This document shows positions 1 to 8,318 of a stretch of DNA of 41,319 bases, piece by piece (the stretch's first letter is position 1; the number at the start of each line of letters is the position of its first letter). The position numbers were made by a program, and so were the translations under genes. The notes under the pieces were generated by a model, which was given only the letters and a program-made list of their open reading frames with translations, ran no database searches and was not told the origin of the DNA. This stretch comes from a virus (taxonomy: Duplodnaviria; Caudoviricetes): positions 1-41,319 of IMG/VR virus record IMGVR_UViG_3300032226_000613; one strand, given 5' to 3'.

Positions 1-18
1 GCGGACGCATGGACATTG
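1..18 (+). repeat. Left-end transposase-binding site (L1-like); terminal TG probably about 5 nt upstream of the window
   Basis: GCGGACGCATGGACATTG compared with the reverse complement of the right end, TGTAA-GCGGACGCGTGGA-ATTG. Confidence 0.8.
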
Positions 19-158
19 GCTGATTTGCGGCGTTTGGGGCGTTTTAGGGGCTTGGCGGTGGCAGGGCTGAAAACGGTGGCTGTCACTGGGGAGAATGCGG
101 CTTAGGGCTGACTTTGGGTAGTCGCGGGCTGGGTCGGCCGGGGTACAAACTCGTACGT

Positions 159-261
159 TTGCGTCAGACTTTGAAAATTGCGTCAGAGTTTCTGTAAGTC
201 ACTGATTTATATGGGTTTTCGATGTTCTGGCAGTCTGAAGTGAAAATTTGAACTCGGACGC
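159..261. repeat. Sub-terminal left-end sites and an IHF-like site
   Basis: TTGCGTCAGA at 159-168 and 178-187, and TCGGACGC at 254-261 (GACGC core shared with the end sites). Positions 195-207 reverse-complement to AATCAGTGACTTA, one mismatch from the IHF consensus WATCAANNNNTTR. Confidence 0.55.
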
Positions 262-315
262 TATATTGGGCAAAGTTGACCTCAAATCGGAGGAAACTCT
301 GGCGTTTTAACCTCC

Positions 316-343
316 AAAAAAGCCCCTTCAAAGGGGCTTTTTT
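316..343. terminator. Bidirectional intrinsic terminator ending the early operon
   Basis: AAAAAAGCCCCTT-CA-AAGGGGCTTTTTT; the mor stop codon lies at the loop. Confidence 0.85.
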
Positions 344-768
344 AGTACGCGGTAGAGGTGCCGGCGGGTCATTTTGTATTCGCGGCGAATGTTGTCGAAA
401 GGGTCGCCCTTATTGAAGCGGCGGATGATCTCCCGATCGCGCTCCTGCGCGAGCCTGGCGCGGCAGGTCGGCACGTAGATTGTGGTGCCGCCGCAGCGAG
501 CGATGAGCTGGACCACGGCATCGCGCCCAATGGTCTCGACCAGGATGCTCCACATCCGCGCGTTGCCGTCGATGACTTGCGGGACTTTGATCTCGTCGCC
601 GCCAAAAGTTTTTACCAGGTCAATTGTGGCGTGTAGACCGATCACGTCGACAAGCTCCTGGGCGCTGCGCGGCAGATCATCTACTTGCTCGGCGTCGCGC
701 AATGCAAGCGTCTCATCGAACAGCCCGTATTGCACCGGTGGCTCTGTGTAGTGGCGCAAAGTGCTCAT
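328..768 (-). CDS. mor: Mor/C-family late transcription activator
   Basis: LPRSAQELVDVIG...FGGDEIKVP...GGTTIYVP...RDREIIRRF, plus C-terminal HTH (MTRRHLYRVLK). ATG 768 overlaps the gemA stop (ATGA). Confidence 0.9.
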   Translation of the reverse strand: MSTLRHYTEPPVQYGLFDETLALRDAEQVDDLPRSAQELVDVIGLHATIDLVKTFGGDEIKVPQVIDGNARMWSILVETIGRDAVVQLIARCGGTTIYVPTCRARLAQERDREIIRRFNKGDPFDNIRREYKMTRRHLYRVLKKPL

Positions 769-1202
769 GATGTCTGGGCTCCTTTTTTGCGCTGCTGAAC
801 GGCCAGTGCGGTGGCTATGGAATGCAACTGGTCCGAGGTGCCCCACTCAAAAAACTGCAGGCCGAACATCTGCTTTGCGATGCCATCGGCATAGGTGTCG
901 GGCAGGCGGTTCAGGCTGATTAGCTGGGCGCGTATTTTGCGGACGAGCTTGATCTTTTCCGGGGCCGGAGTCGGTCGTGCCGGGCGCTTGCTAGCAGCGG
1001 CTGCAGTGGGCTTGAAGCCGAGGGTCTGCAGGTAATCAAGCACCTGCTTACGCCCGGCGTGGTCAAGGTCTTTAGAGCTGCTCGCACCGCCTTGCCTGAG
1101 CAAGATTGCGCGGTAGTCTTCATCAGAAAAACCGAGCTGGTTTTTGGCTACATGGATTTTTACAATGTCGCTGTTGCGGTGATTGCGTGCGAGTTTGCTC
1201 AT
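765..1202 (-). CDS. gemA: GemA (Mu gp16, DUF1018)
   Basis: KIHVAKNQLGFSDEDYRAIL...SSSKDLD...LGFKP...KIRAQ signature; adjacent to mor. Confidence 0.9.
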   Translation of the reverse strand: MSKLARNHRNSDIVKIHVAKNQLGFSDEDYRAILLRQGGASSSKDLDHAGRKQVLDYLQTLGFKPTAAAASKRPARPTPAPEKIKLVRKIRAQLISLNRLPDTYADGIAKQMFGLQFFEWGTSDQLHSIATALAVQQRKKGAQTS

Positions 1203-2308
1203 AACGGCACCTCGTCCCAGGTGCGGCCATCAAGGGTCCGGCCTGCGGCTTTTTTGCCAATGCGTGAAAACTGCATGCAGTCACCCGAGAGTAGTTGGCC
1301 CGGTTCGGTCGCATCTGCACGAAGGTATGCCTGTTCCTGCTCTGGATCAGCGCCGGTGGTTGCATGATCGCGTGGTTGCCACTCACCCCATTGCTTAAAA
1401 AAGAACGACACTCCAGCCGCTTGGCATTGGTCGCGCAGGCTTTGCACCCAGCGGGGATGCATGGGGCGCGCACCGGGGCCGCTTTCGCCGCCTACTATCA
1501 CCCAATCAATACCGATTTCTTCACCAATGCCGGTGTAGTCGCAGGCCTTGCAGCACTCGTAGGACCCTGTCTCCAGATCCATGACTGCAAGATGCAAATT
1601 GGGACAGGGGTAGTGCAACAGCGCTGTCAGGTCAACTGGCCCCAGCAGCGGCTCCATACTCAAAAACCGCTTGGCCGCAGGCACGGCCAAAAGCTTTGGA
1701 ATGTCGCGGTCGGCCTCGTGCTGGTTAACAATGGTTGCCCCAATCCATACGTTCTCAAGAATTGGCCCCGATTTAAGTGGGTTGTCAGACCATCCACAAA
1801 CACTATTGCCGAGGACTTTTCGGCATGCCTCGTTAAGCATCGCATGGGCATTGCCGATCCGCTTTGTGAGCAGGAGCCAGTCCAAGTGCGGCGTTTGCTT
1901 GATTAGCAATATCAAGTCGGCGCGCCACTGCGGATCAACCTCGTTATCAAAAACATCCGCAAGTGATGCACAAAAAACGCGCTGCCGCACTATTGCAAAT
2001 TGATCCCCGCCGCACGCCGGGCATTGCATGCGGCCAGATTCAGATCTGGCGTGCCAGCGCATGCCGCAGGTACTACAGCCAAAGTAGTGATTGTGATTTT
2101 TCTCCCACTGCAAAGGCTTGCGCCAGTAACTTGGGGTAGTGCGGGTGCGCCCGGCGCCCGCACCCCAGCGCGTTGCATGGCCGCTGACGGCAAAGCGCCG
2201 GTCCCACGCCTGGGCATAGCAGTTGTCGCAGCCTGGGCCGATATTGTTGCAACCGATCCAAGGGTTGAACGTGTGATCAGCCCATTCGATTTTTGTATTT
2301 GTAGTCAT
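1199..2308 (-). CDS. DUF5131 / phage Gp37-Gp68 family (radical-SAM-like) protein
   Basis: TKIEWADHTFNPWIGC-x5-GCDNCYA, RVFCASLADVF, LLLTKR, RFLSMEPLLG, DWVIVGGESGPGARPM, FFFKQWG, GRTLDGRTWDEVP. Confidence 0.9.
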   Translation of the reverse strand: MTTNTKIEWADHTFNPWIGCNNIGPGCDNCYAQAWDRRFAVSGHATRWGAGAGRTRTTPSYWRKPLQWEKNHNHYFGCSTCGMRWHARSESGRMQCPACGGDQFAIVRQRVFCASLADVFDNEVDPQWRADLILLIKQTPHLDWLLLTKRIGNAHAMLNEACRKVLGNSVCGWSDNPLKSGPILENVWIGATIVNQHEADRDIPKLLAVPAAKRFLSMEPLLGPVDLTALLHYPCPNLHLAVMDLETGSYECCKACDYTGIGEEIGIDWVIVGGESGPGARPMHPRWVQSLRDQCQAAGVSFFFKQWGEWQPRDHATTGADPEQEQAYLRADATEPGQLLSGDCMQFSRIGKKAAGRTLDGRTWDEVPL

Positions 2309-2689
2309 GATGCAAGCCCCATATCAATCTGCTTATCCGTCACCGATTCCTGCGCTGACCGTGCCAAGTCCCAAAAAACATTAAGCCAATGGCCGTGCGG
2401 TGGTTTATTGTTTCCCTGGGCACCCATAGTGAGTGCTCCAAGCACTGCGTCTACTACTCGCGCACGTACACCGAGCGGGTCGTCATCAATTGAGTATTTG
2501 TGGTCCTGCGCTGGCGGTGCTGCGGGCGTGGTGATGCTGTCTTGTCCTGCGATGTATGTAATGCGTAGTAATTGCAAAAACATCTCTGCGGGGTCGCCTT
2601 GGCGAGTTGCAAGCCATTGTTCAAACGCCACCGGCACCTGAGCTGGCTGAGCTGCTGATTCGTGGTTTTTAGTCATGATGCAAGCCCCA
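2302..2689. repeat. Exact 20-bp direct repeat TAGTCATGATGCAAGCCCCA (2302-2321 and 2670-2689)
   Basis: Read directly from the sequence; each copy spans a stop/start junction. Confidence 0.9.
2305..2676 (-). CDS. Hypothetical protein flanked by 20-bp direct repeats
   Basis: ATGA-coupled at both ends within the early operon. Confidence 0.7.
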   Translation of the reverse strand: MTKNHESAAQPAQVPVAFEQWLATRQGDPAEMFLQLLRITYIAGQDSITTPAAPPAQDHKYSIDDDPLGVRARVVDAVLGALTMGAQGNNKPPHGHWLNVFWDLARSAQESVTDKQIDMGLAS

Positions 2690-2873
2690 CTGAGCCACGG
2701 ATAAGCCGAGTGCACTGCGCTACGGGAGGTTTGTACGTGGTTCGCTGGCCATTGGTCAGGCTGGGCACCTGCAGGGCAGCATCTGCGCCTGGGCGCGCGG
2801 GTTGCATAGTGGGTGGGGTGTAGCTGGTGCGCAAAACGCCGCCAGGCGCAACTGTTTGTTTGATATTTGGCAT
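2673..2873 (-). CDS. Small hypothetical protein
   Basis: 66 aa; start and stop overlap the neighbouring genes. Confidence 0.65.
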   Translation of the reverse strand: MPNIKQTVAPGGVLRTSYTPPTMQPARPGADAALQVPSLTNGQRTTYKPPVAQCTRLIRGSVGLAS

Positions 2874-3325
2874 TAGGCCTCCGTGGTGTGGTCGCGGTTT
2901 GGCAGTGGATCGGGTATTGCTGCTGACACTGCGTCTATCGCCATCTCGATGCTCTTGTTGTTTGCGATCAATTGACGCTTGAGCGTGGCAAAGTTTGTGA
3001 AGGTCGGCACGTAGTAGTCGAACGACTTTTCCAGGTCTGAAAAATGGCGTTTTATGAAGGACTTGCCAAATCCTTTGGTGATGCGCTTGACATCGGACGG
3101 CGAATATACGCGTGCTGTCTTTTTGCAGCAGAAGCGTATGGCCTCATCGGTTTTATCTTTGCACCACTGCGATTTCATGATGCCGTTGACGTAGACCCGG
3201 ATATTGAGCTGCATTTTGTACAGCCCCACTTCGTAGGTGACCTCATATCCGTCCACTAGCAGCTTGGCCTGGTCCCAAGGCAGGCTGAGTTTTTTAGATA
3301 GGGCGTCCCATTCGGATTTAGTCAT
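2873..3325 (-). CDS. Hypothetical protein
   Basis: 150 aa; coupled to both neighbours. Confidence 0.75.
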   Translation of the reverse strand: MTKSEWDALSKKLSLPWDQAKLLVDGYEVTYEVGLYKMQLNIRVYVNGIMKSQWCKDKTDEAIRFCCKKTARVYSPSDVKRITKGFGKSFIKRHFSDLEKSFDYYVPTFTNFATLKRQLIANNKSIEMAIDAVSAAIPDPLPNRDHTTEA

Positions 3326-3675
3326 GGCGCTTTTTCTCCTGCCGAAAAGTCAAAGCCCTTCGGGGCCATCACCAGGTTACGCTTTGCTAGCCAGTCCTCG
3401 ATGATGTGCGCCTCGACTTTTGGACCAGTGATTTTCCAGCTGGTGTTTAAGCCACGGTGTGACCAGGTCTCGTCCATGTGCAGCTTTAATTCGATTTCTT
3501 TGATCATCATCACGCCGGACTCCTGCAGCCAATCTGACAGCGACTGTGCTAGCACTGTCTTGATGGCGGTCTGTATGTAAATGCGGCAGTAGTAAATCGC
3601 AGCTAAAACGGTCACCACGCCCCATAGCCAAGAATAGAAACCGAAGGTAAGCATCTGGAGAACTGACTCGCTCAT
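3322..3675 (-). CDS. Hypothetical membrane protein
   Basis: N-terminal hydrophobic segment (LTFGFYSWLWGVVTVLAAIYYC); ATGA-coupled. Confidence 0.7.
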   Translation of the reverse strand: MSESVLQMLTFGFYSWLWGVVTVLAAIYYCRIYIQTAIKTVLAQSLSDWLQESGVMMIKEIELKLHMDETWSHRGLNTSWKITGPKVEAHIIEDWLAKRNLVMAPKGFDFSAGEKAP

Positions 3676-4220
3676 TTCAGCCTCCAGAGCCCGATATGGG
3701 TTTCAGAAATTTTGCGAATGGCGAACAGGCCTTCGCCCGCTTTGTTGTACTTTGAGACCGCTTTGTTAAGTGACGCGAGCGCCTCTTTTGGCAGCTCGCA
3801 CGATGCGCCAACTGCGGCACGGTCCAGCAGCTTGGAAAAGTCGGTACCGCTACGCCTGCTGCGGCTCGGCAGCGGCACGTCGAACTGAAACTGCACGCTG
3901 TCAACATCCATGCGGAAAACTGGTTTACTTTTTGCGCGACTTGCCGTGGGCACGGCGCTGACAAGGTGCGATGCGGCTGTAGTAGGCACAGTGGTGCGCT
4001 TGCCTGTGGACAGGCTGTAGCACACTTCGTCTTGCGACTCGTCGCGCATCAGCAAGCCTGCCATGACGGCAGGCCCCAGCTCGGTGTGGACTTTGCGCAC
4101 GGGTACGCCAAACTTGATGTTGATCGCCTCGGCGTCCAAGGTGTCGGATGGGTTTTTGGCTAGCCAATCAATGACCAGTTTGGCGGCTTGTGACTCGGGG
4201 TCTTGCGGTTGTTTTGACAT
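3672..4220 (-). CDS. Hypothetical protein, possibly DNA-binding (winged-helix-like N-terminus)
   Basis: 182 aa in the early operon; fold is an inference. Confidence 0.7.
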   Translation of the reverse strand: MSKQPQDPESQAAKLVIDWLAKNPSDTLDAEAINIKFGVPVRKVHTELGPAVMAGLLMRDESQDEVCYSLSTGKRTTVPTTAASHLVSAVPTASRAKSKPVFRMDVDSVQFQFDVPLPSRSRRSGTDFSKLLDRAAVGASCELPKEALASLNKAVSKYNKAGEGLFAIRKISETHIGLWRLK

Positions 4221-4278
4221 GATGGTGAGGGGTTTACAAAGGGGTTTTTAGGCTGTTTGAGGATTGGTGATGCAATGG

Positions 4279-4458
4279 CTAGCGCACGGCGATTTCGGCC
4301 GTCATCTGCGTTGCGGCGGCTACCCAGCACGCCTGGGTACCCGCGTCGAGCTGGTCCCACTCAAGGGCATGCTCGGCCAGGCCTTCTTCGTCCAGTGCAA
4401 TGGCTTTTTTGCGGTAGGCGGCATACGCCGCAGCGGCTAGCTGTTCGAAGGTTTGCAT
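4279..4458 (-). CDS. Small hypothetical phage protein
   Basis: MQTFEQLAAAAYAAY...WDQLDAGTQACWVAAA; GGAG upstream. Confidence 0.7.
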   Translation of the reverse strand: MQTFEQLAAAAYAAYRKKAIALDEEGLAEHALEWDQLDAGTQACWVAAATQMTAEIAVR

Positions 4459-4459
4459 G

Positions 4460-5149
4460 TCAGTCTCCAATCGCAAGTTGTTGTTCTGCACCCACGCCCT
4501 GATTCAGCTGCGCCTTGCGACCAGCCTGCATGCCAGCGATCAGGTGACCGTCCCCGAGCTTGCGCAGCGCGGACTTGTCGCTCGTCTTGGCCTTGCCCAT
4601 CTCGCCGTGATTGCGGTTGATGTAGCTCAAGAGCAGTGCCGCCTTTTCTTGAGGCTGTGCAAACGCCTGAACCTTCTCAGATGCGCCCCAGACCCAGCCC
4701 TTGGCAAACGCATCGCCACGGGCGGTCTTTGTGATGGCCTTGCAGTTCTTCGGCTGTTTGTCGATGTGGCCCCGGCGGGCGGACCAGCACTGACGCAACA
4801 ACACTTCGCACGCATAGGCCGCAATGTCAGCCGCTTCATTGACGCCAACAAACACCCATTCAGTTCGAACCGTCCAGCCTGCGGTGTATGACTGCGCGCG
4901 AAACATCTCGCATCCGAAGGCGTTGGCGACCAAGCGGACCAGCTGCACTTCCCAAACATTGGCGGCGGTGCTGCGAGCTTTTGCACGCGCTTCCCGCACA
5001 TCCGCCAGGGATACGTCCTGCTCAGCCAGTTCATGTTCGGACATCAGCTTTTGCGCCTGGCGCAGCGCTGCGGCGGCCTCGTGCTCGTTGGCGCTGCGCG
5101 ATAGCGCGAGGCACTTCTTGATCTTCTTGAGCGCGTCGTCGCGGTTCAT
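4460..5149 (-). CDS. DUF2786 domain protein
   Basis: KKIKKCLALSRSANEHEAAAALRQAQKLMSEH; start overlaps the DUF3164 stop. Confidence 0.85.
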   Translation of the reverse strand: MNRDDALKKIKKCLALSRSANEHEAAAALRQAQKLMSEHELAEQDVSLADVREARAKARSTAANVWEVQLVRLVANAFGCEMFRAQSYTAGWTVRTEWVFVGVNEAADIAAYACEVLLRQCWSARRGHIDKQPKNCKAITKTARGDAFAKGWVWGASEKVQAFAQPQEKAALLLSYINRNHGEMGKAKTSDKSALRKLGDGHLIAGMQAGRKAQLNQGVGAEQQLAIGD

Positions 5150-5769
5150 AACGCCGCCACGTCCAGGCTGATGGGTACGTACTGGCCGGTGCGCTCGTCG
5201 CGCTCGTAGAAGCGGATGTAGGGCTTGGTGGATGCCACAGTCATGCTCTCGCTGATAGCCAGCATGGCGCGGCCCCACGTGTCGTCGGTGATGTTTAGGC
5301 GGCGAAGGCCTAGCACTCTACCGATAGAGATTTTGCCGGCCGAGTCGACCTGGAAAGCGTCATTGACGAGCACTTTGATGTTGGCATTGCTGCCCTTGCT
5401 CCAGCCCTGGATGCACTCGTCGATAAGGGCTTTTGCCGCCTGCAGCCGTTCGTCGAACGCGATGGTCTCCTGCATCTGCCGGACTATCTTGTAGCGCCCG
5501 TCAAAAGATGGCAGGGTGATGTTGCCTTTTTTACCGCCGTGGTGCACGTCGTACTCGGCCAAGCTGCGGGTGACGAAATCGTCAACGCCGCGCATTGCCT
5601 CAAGTTTGAAGGCGGCTAGCACCGCAGCAGTCTGCTTTGCTTGTGTGCAAATAGCGACGACTACGGCATCGCGGTCTTTGTCCACCTGCTTGATCTTGCT
5701 CACCGGCACGAGTGCCCCGTTTGCGTTTTTCCAGTAGCCCTTAGGCACGTCTACGTTGTCTGTCATCAC
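5146..5769 (-). CDS. DUF3164 family protein (sits where Gam is in other Mu-like phages)
   Basis: GYWKNANGALVP, GGKKGNITL.SFDG, FDERLQAAKALIDECI, KPYIRFYER; AAGGAG RBS. Confidence 0.88.
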   Translation of the reverse strand: MMTDNVDVPKGYWKNANGALVPVSKIKQVDKDRDAVVVAICTQAKQTAAVLAAFKLEAMRGVDDFVTRSLAEYDVHHGGKKGNITLPSFDGRYKIVRQMQETIAFDERLQAAKALIDECIQGWSKGSNANIKVLVNDAFQVDSAGKISIGRVLGLRRLNITDDTWGRAMLAISESMTVASTKPYIRFYERDERTGQYVPISLDVAAL

Positions 5770-5785
5770 TTACTCCTTTAAAAAA

Positions 5786-6040
5786 CTAGTGGCGGGTGGC
5801 TTGCTTGGAAGTTGCGTCGGCTAGGTCCAGGCGATCAGCGACCTGGCGCATGTAGGCGGCGCACAGCGCGCCGTTGCCGGTGTTGCTGGCAAGCGTGGCG
5901 TATGTGCTGAGCAAGCTGCCCAGCACCACATCGAGGTCGCCAGACAGCGTGGGCACGTAGCCAAGCAGCTTGCCCGTGGCCTCGCACGTCTCGCTAGTGA
6001 TCTTCACGAGGTCTTTTTTTGCGGGCGCTTGATCCATCAC
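5786..6040 (-). CDS. Hypothetical protein
   Basis: GTG 6040 overlaps the upstream stop; 84 aa. Confidence 0.6.
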   Translation of the reverse strand: MMDQAPAKKDLVKITSETCEATGKLLGYVPTLSGDLDVVLGSLLSTYATLASNTGNGALCAAYMRQVADRLDLADATSKQATRH

Positions 6041-6375
6041 TTGCCCCATAGCGTTAAAGCGACCGATATCCATGGCCCGACGCAGATGCCCAGAATTGCG
6101 GCGATCATCAAGCAGCGACGCAGCTCGGCGCGCTGCGCTGGGGTGCCAAGCTCGTCTTGCAAGCGGCGGCGAAATGGGCCATCTACTGTGCCGGGGGCAA
6201 ACCGGGTGCGCTTGCGCCAGTCGCAGCCCTGGCAGGCCGGGGTGTGCTCCTGGCACACGCCAATTTGATAGCAGCTGGCGCATTTTTCGCGGGCTTGTAG
6301 CGCGGCTATAGGTTGCGTGTGGTGTGGCGTGTGGTGTGGCGTTTTAGCGTGCTGCGTAGGCATTTTTTTAAACAT
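6037..6375 (-). CDS. Hypothetical protein with Cys cluster and C-terminal transmembrane helix
   Basis: GGAG RBS before ATG 6375; CASC..C...CQGC; hydrophobic C-terminus. Confidence 0.55.
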   Translation of the reverse strand: MFKKMPTQHAKTPHHTPHHTQPIAALQAREKCASCYQIGVCQEHTPACQGCDWRKRTRFAPGTVDGPFRRRLQDELGTPAQRAELRRCLMIAAILGICVGPWISVALTLWGK

Positions 6376-6505
6376 TGCTTGCTCCATAAAAGTCGATCCA
6401 GTCGAGCCAGGCCTCGGCAACCGCTTGGCGCCGTGGCACATTGAAAAAAGTCTCGAGGCGCCGGGCGCGGCGCTTGACCCAGGTGATGCGGTAGGGGTAC
6501 TTCAT
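6368..6505 (-). CDS. 45-aa hypothetical protein (absent from the ORF track)
   Basis: MKYPYRITWVKRRARRLETFFNVPRRQAVAEAWLDWIDFYGASNV; ATGA overlap with the upstream stop; fills the gap. Confidence 0.6.
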   Translation of the reverse strand: MKYPYRITWVKRRARRLETFFNVPRRQAVAEAWLDWIDFYGASNV

Positions 6506-6873
6506 TTGCTTGCCTTTGTGGTGGGGTTGTGTGGGCAGGCCTTGCAGGCGCGCCAGAGCTGCACGCGCAGCGGGCTGGTGGCGGCAAAGGGCTTGCTGCG
6601 CTCGTCTTGGCAGATGCGGGTGCTGATCTCGCCCAGAATCGGGCAGGCCACGGTGGCGCTGAGCAGCTCGCCGCGAATGCGCTCGGCCAGCTTGTTGACG
6701 TTGCCGATGTACTTGCCTTTGAGGGCGCTGCTGATGGTGGCGTCGGACACGCTGAGGCGGCGGGCGATATTGGCTTGCGTAGTGCGCTGCGTGAGCGCCT
6801 GCAGGGCCTGCAGCGCGTCAGCGGGCAGCGACTTGGCGGGGGGCGTGATCTGCTTGGGCTTATTCAAGGCCAT
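6502..6873 (-). CDS. XRE-HTH protein with C-terminal Cys cluster
   Basis: TQANIARRLSVSDATISSALKGKY; CPILGEI...C...C..CPHN. Confidence 0.8.
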   Translation of the reverse strand: MALNKPKQITPPAKSLPADALQALQALTQRTTQANIARRLSVSDATISSALKGKYIGNVNKLAERIRGELLSATVACPILGEISTRICQDERSKPFAATSPLRVQLWRACKACPHNPTTKASK

Positions 6874-7483
6874 CGCACACCTCCTGCGCAGGCTGTTCCC
6901 AGGTGAACTGGCCGGTGTTGCGGTCAAACACGCACTTGCGCCGGGTAATGGCGGGCGCGTGGGCGCCGGTGTCGCGCGCCAGGCGGTAGCGCGCTGGGGT
7001 GCCAGGCTTGGCCGCTGCAATGGTGCGGTAGTAGCCAGCGCGGGCCAGTAGCTGCACGTATTTCTTGGCGGTCAATGCGGTGACGACAAAAGTGCCCACG
7101 CTGGCGGCGCGCTGGATGTCCTGGTAGTCGAATTCTTTGAGCGCTTTCATGGCACGCCACATTGCGAGCGTGCCCAAGCCCTGCTGCACCTTGGTGCCAT
7201 CAGCGGTGATGCGCGGCGCCTCAAAACTGTTTTTTACAAGCTTGTATTGCAGCTCCGCAAACCGCGCAGCCGTCCTGCCCTGCGGCGCCAGGGCGACGAT
7301 GTAGCCGCCGGCTGCTAGCGACTGTAGGTATTTTTGTATAGCGTCGATGCTGGTAAACGGGGTAGGCATCGCTTCTTGCACAGCCATGGGTGTGATGACG
7401 CTGAGCGAGCGCACGCCCTGCCACATACGCTCGCGTGGCGTCTTTAACCCCGCCATTTCGACGTTGATCGGTTTGCGCGACAT
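6860..7483 (-). CDS. Conserved transposable-phage protein downstream of the ATPase (tandem winged-helix-like)
   Basis: Two repeats of MW..(V/M)..L...Y...LA..GY; start abuts the ATPase stop. Confidence 0.75.
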   Translation of the reverse strand: MSRKPINVEMAGLKTPRERMWQGVRSLSVITPMAVQEAMPTPFTSIDAIQKYLQSLAAGGYIVALAPQGRTAARFAELQYKLVKNSFEAPRITADGTKVQQGLGTLAMWRAMKALKEFDYQDIQRAASVGTFVVTALTAKKYVQLLARAGYYRTIAAAKPGTPARYRLARDTGAHAPAITRRKCVFDRNTGQFTWEQPAQEVCDGLE

Positions 7484-8226
7484 CAGCTTGCGCGTCCTGG
7501 TGCGCGACCGGTGTACAGCTCGACATTGCAGTCGGCCGGGGCGTCTTTGGTGCCATTGCGGTCGCACCAGCGCTTGATTGCTTCCAGGTTGACCACCACG
7601 CGGCGGGTGACGGCCTGCGTCTCGGCCAGCACGCGTTTTTTTAGCTCGGGGGCGATGGTGATGGCCGGGGCGTATTGCTTGACCAGCAAATCAAAGTCAC
7701 CGGCGGTGCAGCCGGTGGCGGGCTGCCAGGTCAAGACGCGGTTGTCAAAGCGCTCGTGGCGCTTGAGCTTGGCGGGCAGGTGCTCTTCGCCGATCAACAA
7801 GATGGCGGCGCCGCTGGCGTCGTGCAGGTCGCGGATCAGCTCAAGCGTGCGGCTGTCGACGATGTAGTCGACTTCGTCGACGATCAATGGGCGGTCGCCC
7901 ATGGAAAGCACTTCGACGATGGTGTCGACGATGGCGGGGATGTTGCCCTTGGGCGTGATGCCGACCGCTTTGCAGATTTGCTCTGCGAGTGACTTTTTGG
8001 TCTCGAATGAGCGGCAGCTCACGTAGATGCCATTGAAGCCGGCCGGGTGGCTGGCGTAGGCGGCGCCCATGCTTTTGCCCAGGCCGCTGCGGCCATAAAA
8101 GGTGCCGATGCCCGGCAGACCGGCGGCGCGCGTTGTGAGCTGCTCCATTAATGTGTGCACCAGGCCGATGTTGCTGGTGGGGGCAATAACGCCGCCGCCG
8201 GTTGCCATGCTCATTTTTTTCGTCAT
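7483..8226 (-). CDS. Transposition ATPase (MuB/TnsC-like AAA+)
   Basis: Walker A GRSGLGKS and Walker B LIVDEVD; IRDLHD, LLIGEE; directly downstream of the transposase. Confidence 0.92.
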   Translation of the reverse strand: MTKKMSMATGGGVIAPTSNIGLVHTLMEQLTTRAAGLPGIGTFYGRSGLGKSMGAAYASHPAGFNGIYVSCRSFETKKSLAEQICKAVGITPKGNIPAIVDTIVEVLSMGDRPLIVDEVDYIVDSRTLELIRDLHDASGAAILLIGEEHLPAKLKRHERFDNRVLTWQPATGCTAGDFDLLVKQYAPAITIAPELKKRVLAETQAVTRRVVVNLEAIKRWCDRNGTKDAPADCNVELYTGRAPGRAS

Positions 8227-8318
8227 AATCTAGTCCTTGCTTCGTTCGTAGTTGAAGTTTGAAAACCGGCCCTGGCGGGCTCCTACACCTGCCAGGGCTT
8301 TCCTTTTGGTGCCGCCGG

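Noticed and set aside
193-198. TGTAAG as the left phage end
   Set aside because: It is not followed by the CGGACGC site; bases 1-18 match the right end far better.
5146-5769. Calling this gene gam
   Set aside because: The motifs fit DUF3164; the link to Gam is only positional.
6317-6342. 12-bp tandem duplication (PHHT twice)
   Set aside because: A short in-frame duplication with no further structure.
8269-8298. Hairpin between transposase and ATPase as a terminator
   Set aside because: The stem is real but lacks a U-tract on the transcribed (minus) strand; no function can be assigned.
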